A stretch of 25,390 nt of DNA from the NCBI GenBank assembly GCA_041576165.1, contig JBFGLM010000058.1:1-25390 (forward strand). Direction: 5' to 3'. The first letter of the stretch is position 1; every line of letters begins with the position of its first letter. This DNA is from Acidimicrobiia bacterium. Lineage in GTDB: Bacteria; Actinomycetota; Acidimicrobiia; Spongiisociales; Spongiisociaceae. A program made the position numbers and the translations under genes. Under the pieces are notes generated by a model. The model was not told where the DNA came from and did not search any database. It saw nothing but the letters and a program-made list of their open reading frames with translations. Shown piece by piece: positions 1-9,079 of the stretch.

Positions 1-550
1 ACGCCCGGGCCAGGCCCACCCGCTGCTGCATACCGCCAGACAGCTCCTGAGTGGCGTTGTATGCGTATGGCTCGAGTCCAACCAGCGCCAGCGCTTTGAG
101 CGAGGCGGCGTCGCGTTGGTCCCTGGGGACCTTCTGGACCTTGAGGCCGTAGCCGACATTGTCGATGACGTTGCGATGGGGGAACAGGGCGAAGTGCTGA
201 AAGACCATGCCCATCTTCTCCCGGCGAAACGCTTGCAGGTCTGTACCGTCTAGTTGCTGCACGTCGGTGCCGTCCACCCAGACATGCCCAAAGGTGACAT
301 CGTGCAGCTTGTTCACGGTCCGAATCGCGGTGGACTTACCGGAGCCGGACAAACCCATGACAACGAAGAGCTCGCCCTTGTTGACCGAGAAGTTGACGTT
401 GTTCAGACCAACGACGTGGCCAGATCGGCTCAGGACTTCGTCTTTGTTGAGGCCGGCTTTGACGAGATCGAACGCCCGGCCTCGTGGCTGTGGCCCGAAG
501 ATCTTGTAGACGTCTTCGAGCTTGATGATCTCCTCGCCTGCGGCAGTCAT
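1..550 (-). CDS. proV: Glycine betaine/proline-type ABC transporter ATP-binding subunit (ProV/OpuAA family), truncated by the window edge
   Basis: Not in the ORF track; translated by hand from ATG 550 (RBS GGAGGT upstream): MTAAGEEIIKLEDVYKIFG..., Walker A FVVMGLSGSGKST, family motif RREKMGMVFQHFALFPHRNV, ABC signature LSGGMQQRVGLARA. Confidence 0.9.
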   Translation of the reverse strand, partial: MTAAGEEIIKLEDVYKIFGPQPRGRAFDLVKAGLNKDEVLSRSGHVVGLNNVNFSVNKGELFVVMGLSGSGKSTAIRTVNKLHDVTFGHVWVDGTDVQQLDGTDLQAFRREKMGMVFQHFALFPHRNVIDNVGYGLKVQKVPRDQRDAASLKALALVGLEPYAYNATQELSGGMQQRVGLARA

Positions 551-669
551 GGACCTCCCTCAGTCGCCATGGCGTGCCGAAAACGCCGGCTACTTGCGCA
601 GACAGGCCGCTCCGGCGCCCCGAGGGTAACAGGGCCTCCCCGGGTATGTCCGGGAAACTGCAGTTGCCC

Positions 670-694
670 GTGCCACTAAGTGGCACTGTGCCAC
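670..694. promoter_or_regulatory. Triple GTGCCAC heptamer palindrome, candidate operator between divergent proV and fhs
   Basis: GTGCCAC (670-676) TAA GTGGCAC (680-686) T GTGCCAC (688-694); lies directly upstream of the putative fhs -35. Confidence 0.55.
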
Positions 695-695
695 A

Positions 696-723
696 TTGCA
701 GCACAGGAGCTGTCGGGTAGGAT
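696..723 (+). promoter_or_regulatory. Putative housekeeping-sigma promoter of fhs
   Basis: TTGCAG (696-701), 16-nt spacer, TAGGAT (718-723), about 40 nt upstream of the GTG start. Confidence 0.4.
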
Positions 724-760
724 CTGGCGGTCATTGGCGGATTCAGCCCCGGGAGCAGCT

Positions 761-2524
761 GTGAGCGGTTCTTTCCCATCCGACCTGGAGATTGCCCAGG
801 CGGCGGACGTCAAACCGATCCTCGAGATCGCCGGCTCGGTTGGTCTCGAAGCCGAAGATTTGATCGCGTACGGCCCGACCAAGGCGAAGGTGCACCTCGA
901 CGTGCTCAAGCGCCTCTCGACTGAGCGCAAGGGCAAATACGTCGACGTCACCGCGATCACTCCCACCCCGCTGGGCGAAGGCAAGACCACCACCACGGTC
1001 GGCCTCACCCAGGGGCTCGGCAAGCTTGGGCACAAGGCGATCGCGGCCATCCGTCAGCCGTCCATGGGGCCCACCTTCGGTATCAAAGGCGGCGCGGCCG
1101 GTGGGGGACACAGCCAGATCGTTCCGATGGACGAGTTCAATCTGCATCTCACCGGTGACATTCATGCGATCACGGCCGCCCACAATCTGGTGGCAGCCGC
1201 GATCGACGCTCGCTGGTACCACGAGACACGACTGTCTGACGAGCAAGTGGCCGACCTGGGTCTGCGCCGCCTGGGGATCGACGTATTCAATCTCCAATGG
1301 AACCGGGTGGTAGACATCAACGACCGGGCGCTCCGCAACGTCGTGGTCGGGCTGGGGGGCAACCTGGACGGCCGCCCGCGGGAAACTGGGTTCGATATCA
1401 CGGTGGCGTCGGAGCTGATGGCGATCCTCGCACTGGCCGATGGACAGGACTATGCGACGGCCCTCCGCAACCTGCGGGAACGGGTTGGGCGGGTCGTGTT
1501 CGGCGCATCCAAGGATGGCCAGCCTCTCACCCTCGAGGATCTCGGCGTAGCGGGAGCCGTTACGGTCCTGATGAAGGACACGCTCCATCCCACGGTGATG
1601 CAGACCCTGGAAGGACAGCTCGCCTTCGTGCACGCTGGACCGTTCGCCAACATCGCTCACGGCAATTCTTCGATCCTGGCCGACCGGGTTGCCCTCCACC
1701 TCGGCGACTATGTGATCACCGAGTCCGGTTTCGGTGCCGACATGGGCATGGAGAAGTTCTTCGACATCAAATGCCGCACCTCGGGCCTGGTTCCCGACTG
1801 CGTGGTCCTGGTGGCTACGGTACGAGCGTTGAAGACCCACGGCGGCGGACCCAAGGTCGTGTTGGGACGCCCGCTCGATCCGGCGTACACAGAGGAGAAC
1901 CTCTCGCTGTTGCAGGCCGGAATGCCCAACCTCCAGGCCCACATCCGCAACGCTCGGCGGTTCGGAGTTCCGGTGGTGGTAGCGATCAACTCGTTCCCCA
2001 CTGATACCTGGGCGGAGATCAACGCGATCAAAGAGGCCGCCCTGGCGGCCGGCGCGTCGGATGCGGTGCTGGCCGAGCACTGGGCAAAGGGCGGAGACGG
2101 TGCCACCGATCTGGCGGAATCCGTCGTCAAGGCCTGCGAGCAGGAAAACGAGTTTTCATACCTCTATCCGTTGAACATGGGCATCGCCGAGAAAATCGAG
2201 CTCATCTGCAAGAACATCTATGGGGCGGCCGACGTCGAGTACGCCCCGCGCGCCAGCCGCCAGATCGCCGATTTCGAGGCAGCAGGCTTCGGGTATCTGC
2301 CGATCTGTATGGCCAAAACCCACCTGTCGATCAGCCACGACCCCGCCCTGAAAGGCGCGCCCGAAGGCTTCACCGTCCCGGTGCGGGAGGTGCGGGCGGC
2401 GGTCGGGGCCGGATTCATCTACCCGCTGCTGGGGGAGATGCGGACTATGCCCGGACTTGGGTCCAAACCCGCGTACCTCAACGTTGACATCGACAACCAG
2501 GGAAACGTGGTTGGGCTCTTCTGA
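761..2524 (+). CDS. fhs: Formate--tetrahydrofolate ligase
   Basis: Motifs TAITPTPLGEGKTTT, RQPSMGPTFGIKGGAAGGG, HAGPFANIAHG, TESGFGADMGMEKF, MPGL. Likely start is GTG 761 (GGAG upstream; VSGSFPSDLEIAQ), not 680. Confidence 0.97.
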   Translation: MSGSFPSDLEIAQAADVKPILEIAGSVGLEAEDLIAYGPTKAKVHLDVLKRLSTERKGKYVDVTAITPTPLGEGKTTTTVGLTQGLGKLGHKAIAAIRQPSMGPTFGIKGGAAGGGHSQIVPMDEFNLHLTGDIHAITAAHNLVAAAIDARWYHETRLSDEQVADLGLRRLGIDVFNLQWNRVVDINDRALRNVVVGLGGNLDGRPRETGFDITVASELMAILALADGQDYATALRNLRERVGRVVFGASKDGQPLTLEDLGVAGAVTVLMKDTLHPTVMQTLEGQLAFVHAGPFANIAHGNSSILADRVALHLGDYVITESGFGADMGMEKFFDIKCRTSGLVPDCVVLVATVRALKTHGGGPKVVLGRPLDPAYTEENLSLLQAGMPNLQAHIRNARRFGVPVVVAINSFPTDTWAEINAIKEAALAAGASDAVLAEHWAKGGDGATDLAESVVKACEQENEFSYLYPLNMGIAEKIELICKNIYGAADVEYAPRASRQIADFEAAGFGYLPICMAKTHLSISHDPALKGAPEGFTVPVREVRAAVGAGFIYPLLGEMRTMPGLGSKPAYLNVDIDNQGNVVGLF

Positions 2525-2915
2525 TCGGGGCTGGCGGCTCTACAGCCTCGTGATCGATGCCGTCGATCTCGACGCAGCCGTCAGCTTCTGGAGCGGGCTG
2601 CTGGGACTGGCCGAGACTCACCGCTTCGAGCAGTACGCATTACTGGAGGAAATCGCTCCCGGCACCCGGCTCACGATCCAGCAGGTCGACTCGATCACTG
2701 CGGACAAGAGCCCGATCCATTTCGACCTCGCTCCTGCGGACTTCGATGAGTTCGTCGCCAGGGTTGAAGAGCTGGGCGGTCGCCTTCTCCGCATCATCAA
2801 CCACCCGCAGTACGACCTGGTGGTGATGACCGACGTGAGCGGCAACGAGTTCTGTGTCAACCAACGGACCTCGATCCCGCGCAGCCGGGCGGAAGATCAC
2901 ACACGGCACGGCTAA
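2511..2915 (+). CDS. VOC/glyoxalase-like family protein
   Basis: RLYSLVIDAVD...FWSGLLG, KSPIHFDL, ELGG, VMTDVSGNEFCV pattern. Start uncertain (TTG 2511 overlapping the fhs end, or GTG 2550). Its stop overlaps the stop of the convergent CMD gene. Confidence 0.8.
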   Translation: MGSSDRGWRLYSLVIDAVDLDAAVSFWSGLLGLAETHRFEQYALLEEIAPGTRLTIQQVDSITADKSPIHFDLAPADFDEFVARVEELGGRLLRIINHPQYDLVVMTDVSGNEFCVNQRTSIPRSRAEDHTRHG

Positions 2916-3292
2916 GACGGGTCGAGCTCGGCCAGCACCTTGCGGGCGATTCGGAAACACTCGACGCCGGCGGGGACGCCGCAGTAGGCGGTTATCTGAT
3001 GCAGAATCGTCCGCAGTTCGTCTCGCGTGAGCCCGTTGGAAATGGCGCCGCGGAAGTGCAGCTCCCACTCGTGCATCCGACCGAGCGCGGCGATCATGCC
3101 CAGGTTGATCATCGACCGTTCCCGATGCGTCAGTGTGTCGTCCCCCCAGGCGAACCCCCAGCAGAACTCGGTGACGACCTCCTGGAACTCCCGGTTGAAA
3201 TCGTCGGCCGCCGCCAGGTTCGCTTCGACGTACTCGTCACCGAGCACCGCCTTGCGCGCAGCCAAGCCTTTGTCGAATCGTGGCGTCGTCAT
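2912..3292 (-). CDS. Carboxymuconolactone decarboxylase (PcaC-like/CMD) family protein
   Basis: FDKGLAARKAVLG, EFCWG..W, RERSMINLGMIAALG, LHFRGAISNG, AYCGVPAG. ATG 3292 has an AAGGA RBS; the alternative GTG 3316 overlaps the upstream stop (GTGA). Confidence 0.88.
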   Translation of the reverse strand: MTTPRFDKGLAARKAVLGDEYVEANLAAADDFNREFQEVVTEFCWGFAWGDDTLTHRERSMINLGMIAALGRMHEWELHFRGAISNGLTRDELRTILHQITAYCGVPAGVECFRIARKVLAELDPS

Positions 3293-3312
3293 CGCTTTCC
3301 TTTCGGTAGTGC

Positions 3313-4599
3313 TCACATCGCTCGGCAGGCCCGGTCCACGGCCTCGAAGGTCTGATCGAAATCGTCATCGGTGTGGGCAGTCGACACAAACCGCCGCAGC
3401 CCCGGAATCACATTCACACCGTGGTACATCAGCCGGGTGTCGAGTTCCCGGTTTGACGCCCGATCGGATGCCAGCAGGTCGGTGTAGGAGCGGGGAGGCC
3501 GATCGATATGAAGGATCTGCCACAACGAACCGACCGTTGCAACGATTGCCTCCCGACCGTGGCGGGTGAGCACGTCGGAGATGCCGCCTGCGAGCAGCCG
3601 GGTGCGGGCGGCCAGCTCGTCGTAGAAGCCGGGCCGGCGGACCTCCGCCAGGGTGGCCAGTCCGGCCGCAGCCCCGATGGGGTTCCCGTGCAGCGTGCCG
3701 GAGGCGTACACGTACCCGGGGGTTCCAGCGCGAGCCGGATGGGCCTGATCGATGAGTTCGGCCCGTCCGGCCACACAACCCACCGGTCCTCCGCCCCCGA
3801 CGATCTTGCCGTAGGTGGCGAGATCGGCCTGCACCCCAAAGCGCTCCTGCGCGCCGCCATACGCAAGCCGAAAGCCGGTGACGACCTCGTCGAAGATGAG
3901 CACTGCTCCCAGCCGGTCGCAGAGATCCCTCACACCTTGGAGGAAACCCGGCTGCGGCTCGATGATGCGCTGGACCGGTTCGATGATGATCCCGGCGAGA
4001 TCCTCCGCATTGGCGGCGGCGATGTCCTCCAGCCGTTCGAGGTCGTTGTAGGGAGCGATCAGCACCGAATCCACCACCGCCGGGGGCACCCCGTGCGTGA
4101 ACGGGAGGCCGCGGGGATAGGGGCTTGGTTCGGCCGGGGACACCCCGATGCCGGCGTAGTCGTGGTTCCCGTGGAAGGCACCTTCGAACTTGAGGATCTT
4201 TGGTCTGCCCGTGAACGCCCGAGCCATCCGCATTGCATAGAAGGTTGCCTCTGAGCCCGTAGTGGTGAAGACCATTCGCTCGGCTCCCGGGACCGCATCG
4301 ACCACCGCCGCCGCGAGACTGATCGACACGTCGCTCAGCGCCGCGTACTGGTGGATCGAACGCGCCGCCTGGGCCTGGACCGCTTCGACGACGGTCGGGT
4401 GCTGGTGGCCCAGTATCAGGGCGCCCGCCCCGCACACGTAGTCAATCCATTCGGATCCTTCGACGTCGGTGATCCGGGAACCGGCCGCAGTGGCGATCGT
4501 CATGCGAAGACCCTCGGGGTTGAGGCGCGTGCCCAGCGCTCCGCCCGGCAACGCCCGCTCTGCCAGTTCCCGGTATCCGGCGTGGGATGTTGTCGTCAT
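3313..4599 (-). CDS. Class III PLP-dependent aminotransferase (glutamate-1-semialdehyde aminomutase-like)
   Basis: GALILGH, TGSEAT, KFEGAFHG, LIFDEVVTGFR, PLP lysine in TYGKIVGGG, SGTLHGNP; ATGA overlap with the upstream gene at 4596-4599. Confidence 0.88.
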   Translation of the reverse strand: MTTTSHAGYRELAERALPGGALGTRLNPEGLRMTIATAAGSRITDVEGSEWIDYVCGAGALILGHQHPTVVEAVQAQAARSIHQYAALSDVSISLAAAVVDAVPGAERMVFTTTGSEATFYAMRMARAFTGRPKILKFEGAFHGNHDYAGIGVSPAEPSPYPRGLPFTHGVPPAVVDSVLIAPYNDLERLEDIAAANAEDLAGIIIEPVQRIIEPQPGFLQGVRDLCDRLGAVLIFDEVVTGFRLAYGGAQERFGVQADLATYGKIVGGGGPVGCVAGRAELIDQAHPARAGTPGYVYASGTLHGNPIGAAAGLATLAEVRRPGFYDELAARTRLLAGGISDVLTRHGREAIVATVGSLWQILHIDRPPRSYTDLLASDRASNRELDTRLMYHGVNVIPGLRRFVSTAHTDDDFDQTFEAVDRACRAM

Positions 4600-7016
4600 G
4601 ATCGTGCCCTCTCATGTTGGGGGTCCCAGACGGCCTCGGCCAGCACCATCGCCGGGCGGGCCCGGCCCAGCAGCCACACCGTCATGCCGGTGCCCGACTC
4701 CGCCTGGTCGGGATCAACATACGCCCAGGCGAGGCTTTTACCGGTGCTGAATCCATACGCCGCGGTGGTGACGACCCCGATGCGGCGGTCGCCGCCGAAC
4801 ACGCCCTCGCCACCAGAGCAGTCGGCGTTGGCGTCGCCGGGATCGACCTCTAGATAGACCAGCCGCCAGCGGGGGGCTTCCATGTTGGCGATGAGCGCCT
4901 GCTTGCCCACGAAGTCCTTGTCCAGCCGGACGAAACGCATCAAGTCGGCCTCGTAGGCGGTGACCTCGTTGGTCATGTCGGCCGAGACCTTGTACCCCTG
5001 CTCCATCCGCATGGATGCCAGGGCGTGAGACCCGAACAGGCCGACGCCCAACCCATCGCCGGCCGCAACGAGTGCGTCGAAGATCTCGCCCATGGCTGCC
5101 ATCGGTATATGGAGCTCCCAGCCGAGCTCGCCGGTGAAGGAAACACGCAGCGCCCGTACCCCGACGCCGGCCGCTTCGAGCAGCCGGATCGACAGCCACG
5201 GGAAGTTGTCGTTGTCGAGCGGCGCGTCCGTGATGCGGCTGAGCAGGGTGCGACTGTGGGGGCCGGCGACCGCGAGCACGCCAAAGCCGTCCGACACGTT
5301 GGCGATGGACACGTGTTCGCCGGGACGCCGACGGTGTCTCAGCCAGTCCTCAAATCGAATTTCACCGACCGCGGCCCCCACCAGGTAGAAATGTTCGGCG
5401 GCCAGCCGGGCGATGGTGAACTCGATCTCCACCATTCCCGAGTCGGTCAGCATGTAGGTGAGGCCCATCCGCCCGACCGGCGGAATGCGGCCGGTGGACA
5501 GCCGGTCGAGGAAGGCCGCGGCGTCCGGGCCCGTGATGTCGAACTTTGCGAACGCCGAGAGGTCGGCGACGCCGACCCGCGTGCGCACGCCTTCGACCTC
5601 GCGAGCCACCGGGCCGTGCCAGCGGGCCCGCCGGAAGGAATGGATGTCTTCGCGAGGCCATTCGGCGGGGGCGAACCAACGTGGGCGCTCCCAGCCGAAC
5701 ACCTCCTCGAATATGGCTCCCCGTTGGTCCATGCGTTCATGCACCCCCGACCTGCGATGCGGGCGTCCGGCCGTGCGGTTGAGCCCCGGGTACGGGATTT
5801 CGTGGCGCAGCAGATAGTCTTCGTGGGCCTTCGTCCGGTTGTAGTCCGGGGTGGCGAAATCGCCGAACCGGCGCGGGTCGAAGGCACGCAGGTTGAGGAT
5901 CGTGGCGCCGTGCACCATCCACTTCGCCAGGTAGTGCGTTGCCCCAGGGCCCCAGGCAATCCCTACCTGGGTGCCGTTGCAGCACCAGTAATTCTGCAGA
6001 CGGGGCGCTGGTCCCAACATCATGTTGCCGTCGGGCGGATGAGTGATCGCCCCGTGGATCGCTCGCTGAATTCCGAACTCGGCCAGGATCGGCATACGAT
6101 CGAATGCAGCCTCCAACCATGGAGCGACCCGGTCGTAATCGGGCGGGAACAAATGGTGGTCGGCTTCCCACGGCGTGCCGTCTTCCCACACCGAGTTCGG
6201 GTTTGTTTTCTCGTAGATTCCGATCAGGCCTGAGGTCCTTTCCATCCGGATGTAGCCCGAAACGTGGCGGTCGTCTCGGATGACCGGAAGCTCCCGGTCT
6301 AATCCCGCGAACTCGGGGATCTCTTCCGTGACGAAGTAGTGGTGGGTCATCGGGGTAATCGGCACGTCCAGGCCGACCCATTGCCCCACCTGGCGGGCGT
6401 AGGTGCCGGCCGCGTTCACCAGCACGTCGCAGGTGTACGAGCCGTCGGTCGTATCGACGCGCCAGCACCCGCCATCGAGCTGAACGGTGTTCGTGGCCCG
6501 GGTGTTGCGTTTGACGGTGGCGCCCCGGCTGCGGGCTCCGGCCACGAACGCCATGGTGGCACTGGCCGGATCGAGATGACCGTCGTCAGGGGTGTGGAGG
6601 GCACCCAGCACCCCGTCGAGCTTGTAGTACGGGTGCAATTCGGCGATCCGAGCGGGGTCGACGACCTCCATCCGGTTGCCGACACCACGCCCGACCGAGA
6701 CGGTGTAGCGCAGCCAATCGAGCTCGTCGGGGAGATAGGCCAGCCGGAGCGACCCGCTGTTGTGCCAGCTGACCGCCTGCCCGGTCTCGGCTTCCAGCTC
6801 GGCATACTTGCGGGTCCCGTACCTGGTCATCGAGGCGAGGCCGTAGCTCGAGGTTGAATGGGTGATCTGGCCGGCGGCATGCCAGGTCGATCCGGAGGCC
6901 AGTTCGCCTTTCTCGAGCAACAGGCAGTCGGGCCAGCCTTCCTGCGTGAGGTGGTAGAGCAGGGCCGTGCCCATGATCCCGCCGCCGATGATGATCGCCT
7001 TGAAGTCAGTACCCAC
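4596..7016 (-). CDS. Dimethylglycine/sarcosine dehydrogenase-like FAD oxidoreductase fused to a GcvT (THF-binding) domain
   Basis: FAD motif IIGGGIMG, GSTWHAAG (flavinylation His), FGWERPRWF, DLSAFAKFDI.GPDA, RVSFTGELGWELH, SMRMEQGY. Start is GTG 7016 with an AGAGGGG RBS. Confidence 0.92.
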   Translation of the reverse strand: MGTDFKAIIIGGGIMGTALLYHLTQEGWPDCLLLEKGELASGSTWHAAGQITHSTSSYGLASMTRYGTRKYAELEAETGQAVSWHNSGSLRLAYLPDELDWLRYTVSVGRGVGNRMEVVDPARIAELHPYYKLDGVLGALHTPDDGHLDPASATMAFVAGARSRGATVKRNTRATNTVQLDGGCWRVDTTDGSYTCDVLVNAAGTYARQVGQWVGLDVPITPMTHHYFVTEEIPEFAGLDRELPVIRDDRHVSGYIRMERTSGLIGIYEKTNPNSVWEDGTPWEADHHLFPPDYDRVAPWLEAAFDRMPILAEFGIQRAIHGAITHPPDGNMMLGPAPRLQNYWCCNGTQVGIAWGPGATHYLAKWMVHGATILNLRAFDPRRFGDFATPDYNRTKAHEDYLLRHEIPYPGLNRTAGRPHRRSGVHERMDQRGAIFEEVFGWERPRWFAPAEWPREDIHSFRRARWHGPVAREVEGVRTRVGVADLSAFAKFDITGPDAAAFLDRLSTGRIPPVGRMGLTYMLTDSGMVEIEFTIARLAAEHFYLVGAAVGEIRFEDWLRHRRRPGEHVSIANVSDGFGVLAVAGPHSRTLLSRITDAPLDNDNFPWLSIRLLEAAGVGVRALRVSFTGELGWELHIPMAAMGEIFDALVAAGDGLGVGLFGSHALASMRMEQGYKVSADMTNEVTAYEADLMRFVRLDKDFVGKQALIANMEAPRWRLVYLEVDPGDANADCSGGEGVFGGDRRIGVVTTAAYGFSTGKSLAWAYVDPDQAESGTGMTVWLLGRARPAMVLAEAVWDPQHERARS

Positions 7017-7053
7017 CGGGTGTCCCCTCTGTGGCGCCGCCCGAGCCGCTCCG

Positions 7054-7101
7054 TTGGTACAATCGTACGACTTGTGACTACAAACCGAACAAGTGTACCA
7101 A
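7054..7101. promoter_or_regulatory. Overlapping face-to-face promoters and inverted repeat, candidate RpiR operator
   Basis: TTGGTACA (7054-7061) and TGTACCAA (7094-7101) form a perfect 8-bp inverted repeat. Each arm overlaps an extended -10-like box (TGgTACAAT on +, TGgTACACT on -). An inner TTGT-GACT-ACAA palindrome lies at 7072-7083. Confidence 0.55.
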
Positions 7102-7118
7102 ATAGGCCGGAGCCGGAC

Positions 7119-7988
7119 GTGGAGGCCCTTTTGGGGCGGCTGGCCGGCCGGCTGGAGGACCTGAGTCCCCAACTGCGGAAAGCGGCCGCGTTCGTGCTCG
7201 ACCACCCGGGCGATGTGGGTTTGGCGTCGATCCGCGAGCTGGCGCTAGCAGCCGGGGTCAAACCGAACACCCTCATGCGCATGGCCCAGGCGCTCGGCTT
7301 CGCCGGGTTCGACGAGTTCCGAGAGCCGTTCCGCGCTGGCCTGCGGACGGAACCGAGCCCGTTCCAGCGACGGGCGCAGTGGTTGCAGGAGTTGTCGGCG
7401 GGCGGCCAGCTCGAATCGCTGTATGCGCAGATCGCAGGCACGGCGCTCACCAACGTCGAGCAGCTGTTTGCAGGAACCACTGCCGAACATCTGAAGACGA
7501 TTGCCGACGCGATCGTACGATCGCGTCGCACCTACGTCGTCGGCGTGGGTGCCAACTACGCCCTCGCGCACTATTTCGCCTACCTGGTCGGGATGGCGCT
7601 GGAGAACGTCGTCGCCGTACCGCACGAAGGCAATGTGCCGATGGACGCAATCGTGCGGGCCGGTGCTACCGACGTGGTGCTGGCGATGACCTTTGAGCCG
7701 TATCGTTCGGAGGTGGTGCAGGCGACGCACACGGCCCGGGATCAGGGCGCAACCATCGTGGCGATCACCGACAGTCACGGCTCTCCCATCGCCGCCGGTG
7801 CCGCTCATCTGATCCTCTCACCCAGCGCAACACCCCAGTTCTTTCCATCGACCCTGGCGGCCGCCGCCGCTCTCGAAGCCCTGGCCTCATTCATCGTCGC
7901 GGACGCCGATCCCCAGGTGGTCGCCGCGATCGACCGGTTCCACGAGCGCCGATACGATCTGGGTGTGTACTGGAGTGAGGGAGGATGA
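7119..7988 (+). CDS. MurR/RpiR family transcriptional regulator (HTH + SIS)
   Basis: LSPQLRKAAAFVLDHP..VGLASIRELA..AGVKPNTLMRMAQALGFAGF HTH; SIS domain YVVGVG, TFEPY, AITDSHGSPI. GTG 7119 has a GGAG RBS (alternative GTG 7074). Confidence 0.92.
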   Translation: MEALLGRLAGRLEDLSPQLRKAAAFVLDHPGDVGLASIRELALAAGVKPNTLMRMAQALGFAGFDEFREPFRAGLRTEPSPFQRRAQWLQELSAGGQLESLYAQIAGTALTNVEQLFAGTTAEHLKTIADAIVRSRRTYVVGVGANYALAHYFAYLVGMALENVVAVPHEGNVPMDAIVRAGATDVVLAMTFEPYRSEVVQATHTARDQGATIVAITDSHGSPIAAGAAHLILSPSATPQFFPSTLAAAAALEALASFIVADADPQVVAAIDRFHERRYDLGVYWSEGG

Positions 7989-9079
7989 CCGCTCCCTACG
8001 TGCAGCCGCAGCGGGCGATGGACCCTTCCGTGTACCTCGACCCGGAGGTATTCGCCACCGAGCGTCGCGTGGTGCTGGCCTCTACGTGGCAGTACGCCTG
8101 TCACACGTCCCAGCTGAGTGGACCCGGCGACTTTGTCACTTTCGAAGTCGCCGGCGAGTCGCTCTTTTCCATACGCGATGCGGAAGGTCAGGTCCGCACC
8201 TTCTACAACGTGTGTATGCATCGCGGACACCAGCTGCTCGAAGGCGGAGGCGCCCGGCGGCTGATCGTGTGCCCGTACCACGCCTGGTCCTACAAGCTCG
8301 ATGGCCGCCTCCACAGAGCCCCGCACACAGAGCGTCGGGAGGGCTTCGATCCCTCTGGAATCTGCCTGACGGAGGTCCGGTCCGAGGAGTTCCTGGAATT
8401 CGTGTTCGTCAACCTGGAGGAGTCCGCGCCGGAGATGGACGAGCAGTTCCCCGGGGTCCGGGACGAGCTGGCCGAGTTCCTGCCCAGCATCGGGCAGATG
8501 CGGCTGCTGGAGCGGCGGGAGTTTGTCGCCGAGTCCAACTGGAAGGTGGCCGTCGAGAACTACAACGAGTGTTACCACTGTCGCAACGCGCATCCGTCAT
8601 TCTCGAAGGGTGTCGTCCTGCCCGACTCTTACAGGATCACTCCGATCGGGCAATGCCTGCGGCACGAAGCAGACAGCTCGCCAGACCAGTACTACCAGAT
8701 CGATCTCGACGCGTCGCCCCACGCCGCTCGCTACCGGTCGTTCTACCTGTGGCCGCTCTTCTCGTTTCAGGTGTATCCCGGACCGGTGCTCAACACGTTC
8801 TGCTGGCGGCCCCTGGCAGCCGACCGGACGCTCTTCTTCCGCGACTGGTACAGCCTCGACGGCGTCGAGTCGGAGACGGTCCGCGCTGTCGCCGCCGAAG
8901 ACGCCCGCACCACCGTTGCTGAGGACCTCGACCTGGTGAGATCGGTCCAGCGCGGTCTGGCGAGCCGGGGCTACCGCCCTGGTCCGCTGGTCATCGATCC
9001 CGACATGGGATTGAATTCGGAGCATACGATCGCTGCCATCAAGACCTGGTACACGGAAGCGATGTTGGGTGAGGAGTGA
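7985..9079 (+). CDS. Rieske non-heme iron oxygenase alpha subunit (quaternary-amine oxygenase/N-demethylase-like)
   Basis: Rieske ligands NVCMHRG and CPYHAWSY; mononuclear Fe motif NWKVAVENYNECYHC...H; C-terminal EDLDLVRSVQRGL; ATGA overlap with the regulator. Confidence 0.92.
   Translation: MTAPYVQPQRAMDPSVYLDPEVFATERRVVLASTWQYACHTSQLSGPGDFVTFEVAGESLFSIRDAEGQVRTFYNVCMHRGHQLLEGGGARRLIVCPYHAWSYKLDGRLHRAPHTERREGFDPSGICLTEVRSEEFLEFVFVNLEESAPEMDEQFPGVRDELAEFLPSIGQMRLLERREFVAESNWKVAVENYNECYHCRNAHPSFSKGVVLPDSYRITPIGQCLRHEADSSPDQYYQIDLDASPHAARYRSFYLWPLFSFQVYPGPVLNTFCWRPLAADRTLFFRDWYSLDGVESETVRAVAAEDARTTVAEDLDLVRSVQRGLASRGYRPGPLVIDPDMGLNSEHTIAAIKTWYTEAMLGEE

Noticed and set aside
660-700. Sigma-54 promoter (TGGCAC...TTGC)
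   Set aside because: The GG-to-GC spacing is not the required 10 nt on either strand.
743-2080. 445-aa minus-strand ORF (likewise 5025-6233 +, 3365-4435 -, 14880-15818 -, 21740-22774 +)
   Set aside because: Each overlaps a well-supported gene in another frame or strand and has shadow-ORF or Arg/Pro/Gly-rich composition without motifs.
3313-4599. Calling the aminotransferase hemL
   Set aside because: Motifs diverge from typical HemL (AFHGNHD, GTLHGNP), no tetrapyrrole genes are nearby, and it is coupled to a catabolic operon.
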